Below the pieces are notes generated by a model that was given only the letters and a program-made list of their open reading frames with translations, made no database searches and was not told the DNA's origin. From Myxococcales bacterium (GTDB lineage: Bacteria; Myxococcota_A; UBA9042; JABWCM01; BTVJ01): a stretch of 64,000 bases of DNA. Shown here in pieces: positions 40,707 to 51,075 of this stretch. How positions within the stretch are numbered: the stretch's first letter is position 1; every line of letters starts with the position of its first letter. The stretch is taken from assembly GCA_045863395.1 (NCBI GenBank), contig BTVJ01000002.1, positions 224,001 through 288,000 on the forward strand, read 5' to 3'. The position numbers and the translations under genes were made by a program.

Positions 40707-41675
40707 ATGCGCATCTTCGTCACGGGCGGTAACGGCTTCATCGGGTCGGCGGTGGTCAGGAAGCTCGCGGCGCAGGGCCACCACGTCCGCTGCCTGCTCC
40801 GCGACACGAGCGACACGGCGCGCATCTCCGGCGTCGCGTTCGAGCGGGTGCCCGGCGACGTGCGGGACGCAGCGAGCGTGAGCGCCGGCGCGGCAGGCTG
40901 CGACGGCATCCTGCACCTGGCCAGCCTGTCGAACTGGAACGACATCCACTCTCCCCAGATGCACGACGTGGTCATCGGCGGCAGCCGCAACGTGCTGGAT
41001 GCGGCGCGCGCCCACGGAGACGTGCGCACCGTGTTCGTCAGCAGCATCATCGCGGTGAACGGGACGGAGGACCCGGTGGTCCAGGACGAGGACTCCGAGT
41101 GCACGCTGCCCCTCCACAAGCTGGTCTACGCCCAGTCGAAGCGAGAGGTGGAGTCCATGTGCCGCGCGGCCGCGGGCAAGGGGCTCCCCGTGACCATCGT
41201 CAACCCGGCCGAGGTCTACGGGCCTGACGACACGGCGCTGATCACCGCGGGGAACCTCATCGACTTCGCGAAGAGCAGCCCGGTGCTGGTGCCGTCGGGC
41301 GGGACGAGCGTCGTCTACGTCGAAGACGTGGCCGACGGCATCATCGCGGCCCTGGAGCGGGGGCGCCCCGGGGAGCGCTACATCCTGGGCGGCGAGAACC
41401 TCTCCATCAAGCAGCTCGCCGAGCTGACGCTGGAGCTGCTCGGGCAGAAGAAGAAGATCATGCTCCTGCCGAACGGGCTGATCCGGGGCGTGGCGCGGGT
41501 GGGCTCGGCCCTGCGCATCCCGCTGCCCTTCAACCCGGCGGTCATCCCCTATGCGACGCTGTACTGGTTCATGGACAACGGGAAGGCGCGGAGAGACCTG
41601 GGCGTGAGCTTCCGCTCCGCCCGCGAGGCGCTCGCGCCGACCATCGAGTGGCTCAAGTCCAGCGGGCGCGTCTGA
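40707..41675 (+). CDS. NAD-dependent epimerase/dehydratase (extended SDR, HpnA/DFR-like)
   Basis: TGGNGFIG, HLAS, YAQSK and VNPAEVYG motifs. Confidence 0.9.
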   Translation: MRIFVTGGNGFIGSAVVRKLAAQGHHVRCLLRDTSDTARISGVAFERVPGDVRDAASVSAGAAGCDGILHLASLSNWNDIHSPQMHDVVIGGSRNVLDAARAHGDVRTVFVSSIIAVNGTEDPVVQDEDSECTLPLHKLVYAQSKREVESMCRAAAGKGLPVTIVNPAEVYGPDDTALITAGNLIDFAKSSPVLVPSGGTSVVYVEDVADGIIAALERGRPGERYILGGENLSIKQLAELTLELLGQKKKIMLLPNGLIRGVARVGSALRIPLPFNPAVIPYATLYWFMDNGKARRDLGVSFRSAREALAPTIEWLKSSGRV

Positions 41676-41685
41676 GCCCGCAGCA

Positions 41686-43500
41686 TTGGAGGACGTGGTG
41701 GAGATCCTGACGATTGTGGATGCGATGGTGCGCACCGCGGCGCGCCACCCGGATCGCGGCTTCATCTTCCTCGACGACAAGGGCGTCGAGACCGCCTACA
41801 CCTTTCCGCAGATCCTCGCCGAGGCGCAGCGCCGCGGGCGCGCGCTGTCGAAGCGGGGCCTGCGCAAGGGCGACCGCATGGCGCTGGTCGTGCCGGACCC
41901 GGAGGACTTCATCCTCACGTTCTTCGGCGCCCTGTGCGCCGGCGTCATCCCGGTGCCGCTGTACCCGCCCCTCGCGCTCGGCAAGCTGGACGCCTACATC
42001 GACGCCAGCGTGAAGATCATGACGGCGGCGGGCGCGCGCATCCTGCTGACCACCGGGAAGGTCCAGCCGGTGCTCTGGTCGTGCATGGGCAAGGTGCCGG
42101 GCCTCGAGGACATCCTGGTGGTGGACAAGGCCTTCGCCGGCGACCCTGGTTCCTCGGAGCTCCCGGACGTCGCGGCCGAGGACATCGCGTTCCTCCAGTT
42201 CACGTCCGGCAGCACGTCCGACCCCAAGGGCGTCATCGTCACCCACCGGAACCTCGTGGCCAACACCACGGACATCTGGGCGGGCATCGAGATCGGCAAC
42301 CCCGAGGACATGGTCGTGAGCTGGCTGCCGCTCTACCACGACATGGGCCTCATCGGGAAGGTGCTGACCCCGCTGGTCAGCGGTACGCGGGCCGTGTTCA
42401 TCCCCACGCTGAGCTTCCTCAAGAAGCCGACCGTGTGGATGGACGTGATGACGAAGTACGAGGCGACGGTCACGTTCGCCCCCAACTTCGCGTACTCCCT
42501 GGCGACGCGAAGGGCAAAGCCCGAGCACCTGGCGCGCTGGGACCTGTCCCGGATGCGGGTGTTCGGCTGCGGCGCGGAGCCCATCAAGCCCGAGACCATG
42601 AGCGAGTTCACCGAGACCTTCGCCGCCGCGGGCCTGAAGCCCGAGGCGATGCTGCCCTGCTACGGCATGGCGGAGGCGACGCTGGCCATCAGCTTCGTTC
42701 CGCTGCGCGCCAAGGTGGAGACGGACCTCATCGACGCCGACACCTACCACGAGAAGGGATGGGCGGTGGAGGTCCCGCGGGGGACGCCCAACACCATGGA
42801 GCTCGTGTCCTGCGGGTCTGTCTTTCCAGGCCACGAGATCGGGGTCATGGACGAGGCCGGGCGGCTGCTGCCGGAGCGGCGCGTCGGTGAGCTGTGCCTC
42901 CGCGGGCCGTCCGTGACGCCGGGCTACTGGCGGAACCCGGAGGCCACGGCGCGCACCATCGTCGACGGCTGGCTCCACACGGGGGACCTGGGCTACGTGG
43001 CGGGGGGCCGTGTGTTCGTCTCGGGGCGCAAGAAGGACATCCTGATCCTGAACGGGCGCAACTACTATCCCCAGTCCGTGGAGTGGCTCATCGAGGAGCT
43101 GCCCGGCGTTCGCAAGGGCAACGTGGTCGTGTTCTCGCGGCCTGGCGCCTCGTCGGAGGAGCTGGTGGTCGCAGCGGAGACGCGGGCCGCCGGGAGCGAG
43201 GACCTCAAGGCCGAGATCCGGCGCATCGTCTCCGACGAGCTGTCGCTGCGCGTCGCCGACATCGTGTTCCTGTCGGCGGGGCAGCTCCCGAAGACGTCCA
43301 GCGGCAAGGTCCAGCGGGCCAAGACGCGGGACCAGTACATCCGGGGCACCCTGGGCAGGGAGGGCGTGCGCACCATGGGCAGCTCGGACCGCATCGTCAT
43401 CGCGCGGCACTTGGCCGTGTCCTTCCTGCGACGGGCCGGGCACCGGGCCCGGCGCCTCGTGCCGACCGTGATCAACCGCTTCTTCCAGCCGTCGCCATAG
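41686..43500 (+). CDS. Fatty acyl-AMP ligase (true start may be GTG 41695 or 41698)
   Basis: FLQFTSGSTSDPKG, SWLPLYHDMGLIG, CYGMAEATL plus FAAL insertion, LHTGDLG, LPKTSSGK. Confidence 0.92.
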   Translation: MEDVVEILTIVDAMVRTAARHPDRGFIFLDDKGVETAYTFPQILAEAQRRGRALSKRGLRKGDRMALVVPDPEDFILTFFGALCAGVIPVPLYPPLALGKLDAYIDASVKIMTAAGARILLTTGKVQPVLWSCMGKVPGLEDILVVDKAFAGDPGSSELPDVAAEDIAFLQFTSGSTSDPKGVIVTHRNLVANTTDIWAGIEIGNPEDMVVSWLPLYHDMGLIGKVLTPLVSGTRAVFIPTLSFLKKPTVWMDVMTKYEATVTFAPNFAYSLATRRAKPEHLARWDLSRMRVFGCGAEPIKPETMSEFTETFAAAGLKPEAMLPCYGMAEATLAISFVPLRAKVETDLIDADTYHEKGWAVEVPRGTPNTMELVSCGSVFPGHEIGVMDEAGRLLPERRVGELCLRGPSVTPGYWRNPEATARTIVDGWLHTGDLGYVAGGRVFVSGRKKDILILNGRNYYPQSVEWLIEELPGVRKGNVVVFSRPGASSEELVVAAETRAAGSEDLKAEIRRIVSDELSLRVADIVFLSAGQLPKTSSGKVQRAKTRDQYIRGTLGREGVRTMGSSDRIVIARHLAVSFLRRAGHRARRLVPTVINRFFQPSP

Positions 43501-43640
43501 GCGCTCGGGGCTCGCGATCCTCGACGGTCGCGTGACGGAGACCGCGGTGGGGGCACCGCTTCGACACACCCCTCGGGCACGCGCCCGATTCAGAATTCCG
43601 CCTTGGCGGGTCCGCGGGCTCGCCGGCTCCGGAGACTCCC

Positions 43641-46600
43641 ATGACAGACATCACCCGTGACCGCCACGACATCGCCATCATCGGCATGGGGTGCCGCTTC
43701 CCGTCCGCGCCTGACCTGTGGTCCTTCTGGGATCTCATCCGATCACGCACCGTGACGTTCAAGGACGTCCCAGCCGACCGCTGGAACCACGACCTCTTCG
43801 TCGACCCGTCGCCGCGCGCCAAGGACAAGGGCTATGCGCGCCGGGGGGCCTTCTTGGACGACGTGCGGCGCTTCGCGGCGCTGCACTATGGGCTGGCGCC
43901 CCTGCGCGTGAAGGTCATGGACCCGCAGCACCGGCTCCTTCTGGACGTGGTGCGGGACACGCTCGGGGACGCGGGCTACGACGCGCGGCCCTTCGACCGG
44001 GCGGGGACCGGGGTCTTCGTCGGGGCGAGCGTGTCGGAGTACAAGAACCTCCAGACTGCGCGCCTCGTCGCCATGCAGCTCTTCGACGGGGCGCTGGGCG
44101 AGCCCATTGGTGACCGCCTGAGCGACGAGGAGCGAGAGGCGCTGGTGGCAGCGGCCGTTCCCCTGCGCGCCTACAGCATCGCAGGCTCCCTCCTGAACAT
44201 GGCCGCCGCCACCGTGAGCCAGGTCTTCGACCTGGGCGGGCCCGCCATGGCCATGGACGCGGCGTGCTCGTCGGCGCTGGTCGCGCTCAACGAGGCCATC
44301 GTCCACCTGCGGGCGGGCACGTGCAACGCGGCCATCGCCGGTGGCATGTACGTGATCCTGTCCCCCGACAACTTCGTCGGCTTCGCTCGGGTCGGCGCCA
44401 TGAGCAAGCGGGACGAGTGCCGCCCCTTCGACGCGCTGGCCGACGGCTTCGTGATGGGCGAGGGCGTCGGCGCGGTGATGCTGAAGCGCCTCGGCGACGC
44501 GGTGCGGGACGGCGACCGCATCTGGGGCGTGATCCGGGGCGCGGGCTGCAACAACGACGGCCGCGGCGAGGGCCCCATGACGCCCCGGCTGGAGGGCCAG
44601 GTGGAGGCGGTGCGGCGCGCCTACGAGGACGCGGGTCTGTCGCCTGATTCGATCGGATACGTGGAGGCCCACGGGACAGGCACGCCCGTCGGGGACCCCG
44701 TGGAGCTCCAGGCGCTGGACCAGGCGTGGCGTGAGCTGCGCGGCGGCGCCCCGCACGGGCGCACGGCGTGGCTCGGGTCCGTGAAGGCCAACATCGGCCA
44801 CACCATGGCCGCGGCGGGAGTGGCGGGGCTGATTCGGGCGACCCTGGCCATGGAGCGGGGCGTCGTGCCGCCGCAGGCGGGGTTTGAGACTCCGAACCCG
44901 CGCATCGACTTCGAGGCGTCGCCCTTCCGGGTGCCCACCGACGCCGTGCCCTGGACCGAGGACGGGCCCCGGCGGGCGGCCCTCAGCTCCTTCGGCTTCG
45001 GCGGCACGAACGTCCACGTGGTGCTGGAGCAGGCGCCGGTGCGGCAGAGGGGCGTCGAGGCGCGGCCTGAGCCCTTCGTGCTCTCCGCGCCCACGCGGCC
45101 GCTGCTGGTCGAGCACCTGCGGGCGGTCCGCGCGACGCTGGACGGTGGCGACGCCCCCCTGCGGGACCTGGCCTTCACCCTGTGCGCGACCCGCTCTCAC
45201 GAGGCGGTCCGTGTCTCGCTGGCGGCGTCCTCCCGCGAGGAGCTCACGCGGAAGCTGGAGCGGGCGGCGGTGGCGCTGGCCGGGGAGAGCCCGGCGACCG
45301 ATCTCGGCGACGGCGTGCGGTGGGCAAAGGCGGGGGATCCGAAGGTCGCCTTCCTGTTCCCCGGGCAGGGGGCCCAGGCGGTGGGGCTGCTGGAGCGGCT
45401 CTACGAGCGGCTGCCCCTGTTCCGCGAGCACCTGGACGCGGTCGCCGGGGCAGCGGGCGATGTGCTCGGGTGCCCGGTGACGCGGTTCCTGTACCCGGAG
45501 GCGGGGACGGACCTCGCTGCCGCCGAGGAGGCGCTCAAGCAGACCGAGGTGTGCCAGCCCGCAATGGCGGCGCTGGGCATCGCGCTGGCCCGGACGCTCG
45601 CTGACCTCGGGGTAGAGCCGGCCGTGACCACCGGGCACTCCCTGGGTGAGTTCGTCGCGGCTGCGGCGGGTGGAGTGCTGGACGGGGACGAGATGGTCCG
45701 CTTCGTCGCCGAGCGGGGCGCGGCCATGGCGGCGTTGGGTGGTGACCGGGGGGCCATGGCGGCGGTCCGGGCGCCGCGGGCGGACGTGGAGCGGTGGGCG
45801 GCCGAGCACGGCGTGGTCGTCGCCAACCACAACCAGCCGCAGCAGAGCGTCGTGTCGGGGTCGACCGAGGGCGTGCGGGCGCTCGTGGCGAAGCTGGAGG
45901 CCCAGGGGGTCAAGGCGGCGCTGCTGCCCGTGAGCCACGCCTTCCACTCTCCCATCGTGGCTCCCGCGGTCCCCGCCATCGGGGAGGCGGTCGGGCGCAT
46001 GGGGGTGGCGGCTGCGCGGGTGCCCGTCGTGAGCTGCGTGGCGCGGCGCCTGTACCCGGAGGACGAGCGCGGGGCCCGGTCCATCATGACGGCCCACGCC
46101 ACGGAGCAGGTGGACTTCGTCGCAGGGTTGGAGCTCTGTGCCGCGCAGGGCGCGCAGGTGTACCTGGAGGTGGGCGCCGGGGAGACCCTCGCCGCCTTCG
46201 CGCGGCGGACCCAGCCGGGGGTGACCGCCCTGTCGCTGGCAGATCTGAAGGACGACACGGGGACGCGCTTCGCCGAGGCGCTGGCCTTCCTGGCCGCGCT
46301 CGGGGCGCCGGTGCGCTTCGACCGGCTGTTCCAGGGGCGGGACGTGGCCGTGGCGAGCGTGCCCATGTGCCCGCTGGAGACCGAGGAGTACTGGGTGATC
46401 GACGACGACAAGCGGAAGGTCGAGCCCTCGCAGGGGCGGTCGGCGGGGGTCGCCGCCGCACCGGCGCCTGCGGCTCCCGTGAGAGTGAATGACGCGGGGC
46501 CGAGCCCGGAGCTCGTGGCCCTGCTCCGCGAGCAGACGGCGGTGCTCGCGTCCCAGAGCGCCATCCTGCAGCGGCAGGTGGAGCTGCTCGGGGGGGGGGC

Positions 46601-49600
46601 CGGACCCGCTGTCCGCACGGCACAGCCTCTTGTAGCCCCGGACCCGATGCCGACCGAGGTGGCCGCTGCCCCCGAGGGTCGGCCACAGGTCCAGGAGGCC
46701 CGGGTTGTCACGAGCCGGAGTGCGACGACCAAGGTGGAGAAGGCCGCCCCCCCGAGCGCGCCCGAGCCGCCGACCGTCGACCGGGAAGCCGTGAGGGAGC
46801 GCATCGTGGCGGCGGTGGCCCGCATCAGCGCCTTCCCGGCGGCCCAGGTGCGCGCGGACCAGTCCCTGGTCACGGAGCTTGGCTTCGACTCCCTGATGGT
46901 CGCCGACCTGGTGACCGCCGTGGGTGAGGCATGGCCCGCGCTCGGCGGCGTCCCCCAGTCGCTGTTCACCCGGGAGCTCAACGTGGGCGACCTGGTCGCC
47001 TGGGTCTCCGAGGCCCTCGAGAGGGGCGCGCCGCGCCGCGCCGTCACCGACGGGGCGCCGATCCAGCGCCTCGTGCCGCGCCTGCGAGTGGCCCCCTCGG
47101 AGCCCGGCGCGCGCTTCCAGGTGCCCGGGGCGCTCCTCATGAGCGCGGACGCCGCCGGCATCGCCCGGGAGCTGGCCGAGCGCCTCGTCGCCCGCGGCCA
47201 GGAGGTGGTGCTGGTCGAGCCGGGGGACGCACCCCTCGCTGGGGAGCACCTGCACACGGTAGGCTGGGGGGCCCTCGCCGAGGTGCCGGACGTCGGGGGC
47301 GCCATCCACCTCGCCGACGTGCTCGCAGAGGGTGGCGACCTGGTTGGGCCCACGGGCCGCCTCCTCGCCCTCGCGCGGGCGGCCGCCAAGGGCGCGACGC
47401 CCGCGGCGCTCGTGGCCGTGACGGGCCTGGGCGGGGGCATGGGCCTCGACGGTGGCGACGGTCGCGCGGCCCAGCGCGGGATGGCGGGCCTGGTCAAGTC
47501 CGCGGCCCGGGAGTGGGGCGCGGCCCTCGCCAAGGTCATCGACGTGGATCCGAGCCTGCCCGCCGCGGCCCTCGCGGACGCGCTCCTCGCGGAGCTGGAC
47601 GCCGCGGACCGCACGGTGGAGGTGGGCCTCGGCCCGGAGCGCCGCGGGGTGGTCCTGGAGGACGCCCCCCTGTCGGACGCTCCCGTGACCCTCGCGCCGG
47701 GTGCGGTGGTGGTGGTCACCGGCGGGGGGCGCGGCGTCGGCGCCGCGGTCTCCCTGGAGCTGGCGCGCCGGTACCGGCCGCGCCTGGCGATCCTGGGCCG
47801 CTCGGCCCCTGGAGGCAGCAACGGCGGCGGCGAGCTGGCAGCTCACCTCGCGGCCCTCACCGAGGCCGGGGCGCAGGTCCACTACGAGTCCTGCGACGTC
47901 TCCGACCCGGAGCAGCTCGCTCGCACATTGTCGCGGGTCCGCGTGGCGCTCGGGCCCGTGGAGGCGATCATCCACGCGGCGGGCGTGCTGGCCGACGGCG
48001 CCCTCGCCACCAAGCCCGACGACGCCCTCGCCCGGGTCATGGCCCCCAAGGCCACCGGGGCAGCGAACCTGCTCGCGGCGACGCAGGACGATCCGGTCCG
48101 CCTGGTCGCCCTGTTCTCGTCGTGGGCGGGGCGCTTCGGCAACGCGGGGCAGGCCGACTACGCCGCCGCCAACGAGATCCTGAGCGCCCTGGCCCGGGAG
48201 GCGAGCCGCCTGCGCCCGTCCGTCAAGACGGTCAGCATCGACTGGCCCCTCTGGGAGGGGGTCGGCATGGCCGAGTCCCTGAGCGCCGCCGCCGTGGACG
48301 CCATGCGCGATGCGGGCGTGACCTTCCTGAAGGCCGACGAGGGCGCAGACCTCCTGCTGCGGGAGCTCGCCACGCCGGGCTCGGGGGAGGTGGTCTTCGG
48401 CCGCGACCTGCCCGTCCGCCAGGCCGGGTTCCTTCTGACCGACCACCTCGACGTGGAGTCCCACCCCTACCTGGACGACCATCGCCTGGAGAGCGCGCCC
48501 GTCGTGCCTCTCGCCATCGCCACCGACTACGCCGCCCGCTGTGTGCCGGGCGACGAGGGCGTGCGCATCGACGGGCTCACGCTGTACCAGGGCATCATCG
48601 TGGACGAGCCGGTCACGGTCGTCGTAGAGGCCCGCGTCGAGGAGCGCGCCCGCACCACCGCGGAGGTGCAGATCCTGGCCGGGACCGCGCGGACCCTCGC
48701 CTATCGCTGCTCGGTGACCGCGGGCGCCGAGGCGCGGGAGGCGGACACGACGCTCCTGGCCGCGAGGGGCACGGGCAAGGCTCCGACGCTGCCGCTGGAC
48801 GTGTTCTACCGGGACCACACCTTCCACGGGCCGTTGCTCCAGGGCGTCATCGCCATCGACGAGGTGGGGGAGCGCCACGCCAGCGGCATGGTCCGGGCAT
48901 CGCGCCCTCGGGACTGGGTGCCCGGGGACCCGCGCACAGCGTGGGCGGTCGACCCGCTGGTCCTCGACGCGAGCTTCCAGATCGCCGCCTACTGGGCCCG
49001 CGTCACGCACGCTCGCAAGGGCTACCCGACGGGCTTCGAGGAGCTGCGCCTGATCGCCCCCTTCGGCGCGGGCCCGGTGCGCTGCACCGTGACCTTCCGC
49101 GCGCAGGACGGGGACCGCTTCCAGGGCGACATCGTCTACCAGGACGCGACCGGGCGCATCGTGGCGGTCCTGACGGGCATCCAGGCGCTCTTCGTGGAGG
49201 ACGCCCCAGCAAAGGCCACCGGCAACGGCCACAAGGCCCCGACTCGAGAGGACGGCGCCGACATCCCGGAGGAGCACTGGCGCTTCGAGCTCTACGAGCC
49301 CTACAAGGCGCTGCGCCAGCGCATCCACGCGGTGGAGCTGTCCGGCATCGGAAACCCCTACTTCAACGTGCACGAGCGGGTGACGGGCGACACGACCGTC
49401 ATCGACGGCCGCGAGCTGATCAACTACTCCAGCTACAACTACATCGGCATGTCGGGCCACCCCGACGTGACCCGCGCGGCCCAGGAGGCCATCGCGCGGT
49501 ACGGGACCAGCGTGTCGGCGAGCCGCATCGCGTCGGGCGAGAAGCCGCTGCACCGGGAGCTGGAGCGGGCGATCAGCGAGGTCATCGGCACGGAGGACTG

Positions 49601-50501
49601 CATCGTCTACGTGGGCGGTCACACCACCAACGTGACGACGGTGGGGCACCTGTTCGGGCAGGGAGACCTGATCATCCACGACAGCCTGATCCACGACTCC
49701 ATCCTGCAGGGGATCACGCTGTCAGGCGCGCAGCGGCGGCCGTTCCCGCACGACGACGTGGGGGCGCTCGACCGCATCCTCGGCGACATCCGCAAGCACT
49801 ACAAGCGGGTGCTCATCGCCATCGAGGGCGTCTACAGCATGGACGGCGACATCCCGGATCTGCCCGCCTTCATCGACGTGAAGAAGCGCCACAAGGCCTT
49901 CCTGCTCGTCGACGAGGCCCACTCCATGGGCGTGCTCGGCGCGCGGGGGCACGGCATCCGCGAGCACTTCGACGTGAACGCCGCGGACGTGGACCTGTGG
50001 ATGGGCACGCTCAGCAAGTCCTTCGCGAGCTGCGGCGGCTACATCGCGGGAGCGAAGCCCATCGTCGAGTATCTCAAGTACACGGCGCCCGGCTTCGTCT
50101 ACAGCGTCGGGATCTCGCCGCCCAACGCGGCCGCGTCCCTGGAGGCCATCCGGGCCCTGGACCGGGAGCCGTGGCGCGTGCAGCGCCTGCACGACAACGC
50201 GCGCCTGTTCCTGGAGCTGGCGAAGGGGCGAGGCCTGGACACGGGCCCGAGCAAGGACTCGGCCGTGATCCCCATCATCGTGGGCGGCTCCTACTTCGCG
50301 TTCATGCTCTCGCGGGAGCTGTTCAAGCGCGGCATCAACGTGCAGCCGATCATCTACCCCGCGGTGGAGGAGAAGCTCGCCCGCCTGCGCTTCTTCCTGA
50401 CGAGCACCCACACGGAGGAGCAGATCCGGGCGACCATCGACGCCATCTGCGAGGAGCTGTCCCGCATCAACCCCAAGTGGCAGCCCGCCGTGGCGGGTTG
50501 A
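43641..50501 (+). CDS. Type I PKS KS-AT-ACP-KR-DH fused to a C-terminal PLP-dependent alpha-oxoamine synthase (AONS/SPT-like)
   Basis: KS DAACSS/HGTGT/NIGH; AT GHSLG and HAFH; ACP GFDSL; KR TGGGRGVG/YAAAN; DH YLDDH..PVVP and LDASFQ; AONS SYNYIG, DEAHS, GTLSKS. Confidence 0.93.
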   Translation: MTDITRDRHDIAIIGMGCRFPSAPDLWSFWDLIRSRTVTFKDVPADRWNHDLFVDPSPRAKDKGYARRGAFLDDVRRFAALHYGLAPLRVKVMDPQHRLLLDVVRDTLGDAGYDARPFDRAGTGVFVGASVSEYKNLQTARLVAMQLFDGALGEPIGDRLSDEEREALVAAAVPLRAYSIAGSLLNMAAATVSQVFDLGGPAMAMDAACSSALVALNEAIVHLRAGTCNAAIAGGMYVILSPDNFVGFARVGAMSKRDECRPFDALADGFVMGEGVGAVMLKRLGDAVRDGDRIWGVIRGAGCNNDGRGEGPMTPRLEGQVEAVRRAYEDAGLSPDSIGYVEAHGTGTPVGDPVELQALDQAWRELRGGAPHGRTAWLGSVKANIGHTMAAAGVAGLIRATLAMERGVVPPQAGFETPNPRIDFEASPFRVPTDAVPWTEDGPRRAALSSFGFGGTNVHVVLEQAPVRQRGVEARPEPFVLSAPTRPLLVEHLRAVRATLDGGDAPLRDLAFTLCATRSHEAVRVSLAASSREELTRKLERAAVALAGESPATDLGDGVRWAKAGDPKVAFLFPGQGAQAVGLLERLYERLPLFREHLDAVAGAAGDVLGCPVTRFLYPEAGTDLAAAEEALKQTEVCQPAMAALGIALARTLADLGVEPAVTTGHSLGEFVAAAAGGVLDGDEMVRFVAERGAAMAALGGDRGAMAAVRAPRADVERWAAEHGVVVANHNQPQQSVVSGSTEGVRALVAKLEAQGVKAALLPVSHAFHSPIVAPAVPAIGEAVGRMGVAAARVPVVSCVARRLYPEDERGARSIMTAHATEQVDFVAGLELCAAQGAQVYLEVGAGETLAAFARRTQPGVTALSLADLKDDTGTRFAEALAFLAALGAPVRFDRLFQGRDVAVASVPMCPLETEEYWVIDDDKRKVEPSQGRSAGVAAAPAPAAPVRVNDAGPSPELVALLREQTAVLASQSAILQRQVELLGGGAGPAVRTAQPLVAPDPMPTEVAAAPEGRPQVQEARVVTSRSATTKVEKAAPPSAPEPPTVDREAVRERIVAAVARISAFPAAQVRADQSLVTELGFDSLMVADLVTAVGEAWPALGGVPQSLFTRELNVGDLVAWVSEALERGAPRRAVTDGAPIQRLVPRLRVAPSEPGARFQVPGALLMSADAAGIARELAERLVARGQEVVLVEPGDAPLAGEHLHTVGWGALAEVPDVGGAIHLADVLAEGGDLVGPTGRLLALARAAAKGATPAALVAVTGLGGGMGLDGGDGRAAQRGMAGLVKSAAREWGAALAKVIDVDPSLPAAALADALLAELDAADRTVEVGLGPERRGVVLEDAPLSDAPVTLAPGAVVVVTGGGRGVGAAVSLELARRYRPRLAILGRSAPGGSNGGGELAAHLAALTEAGAQVHYESCDVSDPEQLARTLSRVRVALGPVEAIIHAAGVLADGALATKPDDALARVMAPKATGAANLLAATQDDPVRLVALFSSWAGRFGNAGQADYAAANEILSALAREASRLRPSVKTVSIDWPLWEGVGMAESLSAAAVDAMRDAGVTFLKADEGADLLLRELATPGSGEVVFGRDLPVRQAGFLLTDHLDVESHPYLDDHRLESAPVVPLAIATDYAARCVPGDEGVRIDGLTLYQGIIVDEPVTVVVEARVEERARTTAEVQILAGTARTLAYRCSVTAGAEAREADTTLLAARGTGKAPTLPLDVFYRDHTFHGPLLQGVIAIDEVGERHASGMVRASRPRDWVPGDPRTAWAVDPLVLDASFQIAAYWARVTHARKGYPTGFEELRLIAPFGAGPVRCTVTFRAQDGDRFQGDIVYQDATGRIVAVLTGIQALFVEDAPAKATGNGHKAPTREDGADIPEEHWRFELYEPYKALRQRIHAVELSGIGNPYFNVHERVTGDTTVIDGRELINYSSYNYIGMSGHPDVTRAAQEAIARYGTSVSASRIASGEKPLHRELERAISEVIGTEDCIVYVGGHTTNVTTVGHLFGQGDLIIHDSLIHDSILQGITLSGAQRRPFPHDDVGALDRILGDIRKHYKRVLIAIEGVYSMDGDIPDLPAFIDVKKRHKAFLLVDEAHSMGVLGARGHGIREHFDVNAADVDLWMGTLSKSFASCGGYIAGAKPIVEYLKYTAPGFVYSVGISPPNAAASLEAIRALDREPWRVQRLHDNARLFLELAKGRGLDTGPSKDSAVIPIIVGGSYFAFMLSRELFKRGINVQPIIYPAVEEKLARLRFFLTSTHTEEQIRATIDAICEELSRINPKWQPAVAG

Positions 50502-50573
50502 CTCGGCGCTGGGGAGACTCTCCAGCGCGATCCCCCGGGGCGCCTGGCGCTCCGACAAGGAACAGGAGGTACC

Positions 50574-51041
50574 ATGAGGATCCCCATGAAGGCGATGACC
50601 CGCGCGCTCGTGCTGGGCGCGGGCCTGCTCTTTGCGGCATCGACCGTGGCGCAGACGCCAGCGGCGGACGAGGCCCTCCGGCGGGCCGCCGAGGCCATGA
50701 AGAAGGCGGAGGCGGCGGCAGAGAAGGCCGGCGAGGCGGCACAGAAGGCCGGCGAGGCGGCGCACAAGGCGGCCGGGGTGGCCGGCTCCGCCGTCGACAC
50801 GAAGGAGTCCTTCACCTGCGCGAGCGGCAACGTGTGCAACGGCACCTGCTCGGCGGGCGGGTGCGCGCAGAGCTGCGAGTCGGGGTCGACCTGCAACGGG
50901 ACCTGCTCCGGCGGCGGCTGCACTCAGGCCTGCAAGAGCGGCGCGACGTGCAACTTCACCTGCGCGGGGGGCCGCTGCACCCGAGCCATCGAGAAGGGCT
51001 CCGTCTCCAACGAGACCTGCTCGGGCGGTGACTGCAAGTAG
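50574..51041 (+). CDS. Small secreted protein with Ala/Lys coiled coil and 19-residue Cys-Gly repeats
   Basis: Signal peptide; KAGEAA repeats; CxSGxxCNxTCxxGxC three times plus a degenerate fourth. Confidence 0.8.
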   Translation: MRIPMKAMTRALVLGAGLLFAASTVAQTPAADEALRRAAEAMKKAEAAAEKAGEAAQKAGEAAHKAAGVAGSAVDTKESFTCASGNVCNGTCSAGGCAQSCESGSTCNGTCSGGGCTQACKSGATCNFTCAGGRCTRAIEKGSVSNETCSGGDCK

Positions 51042-51075
51042 TCAGTTGGGGGGGGGCGTCGAGGAGGGGAGGCCG

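Noticed and set aside
49270..50501. Biotin synthesis gene bioF
   Set aside because: The domain is fused in frame to a PKS and no other bio genes are nearby.
43743..51031. Very long alternative-frame ORFs (1983 aa minus strand, 1366 aa plus strand) over the PKS, and similar shadow ORFs across the window
   Set aside because: Expected in high-GC coding DNA; Arg/Pro/Gly-rich or antisense translations with no recognisable motifs.
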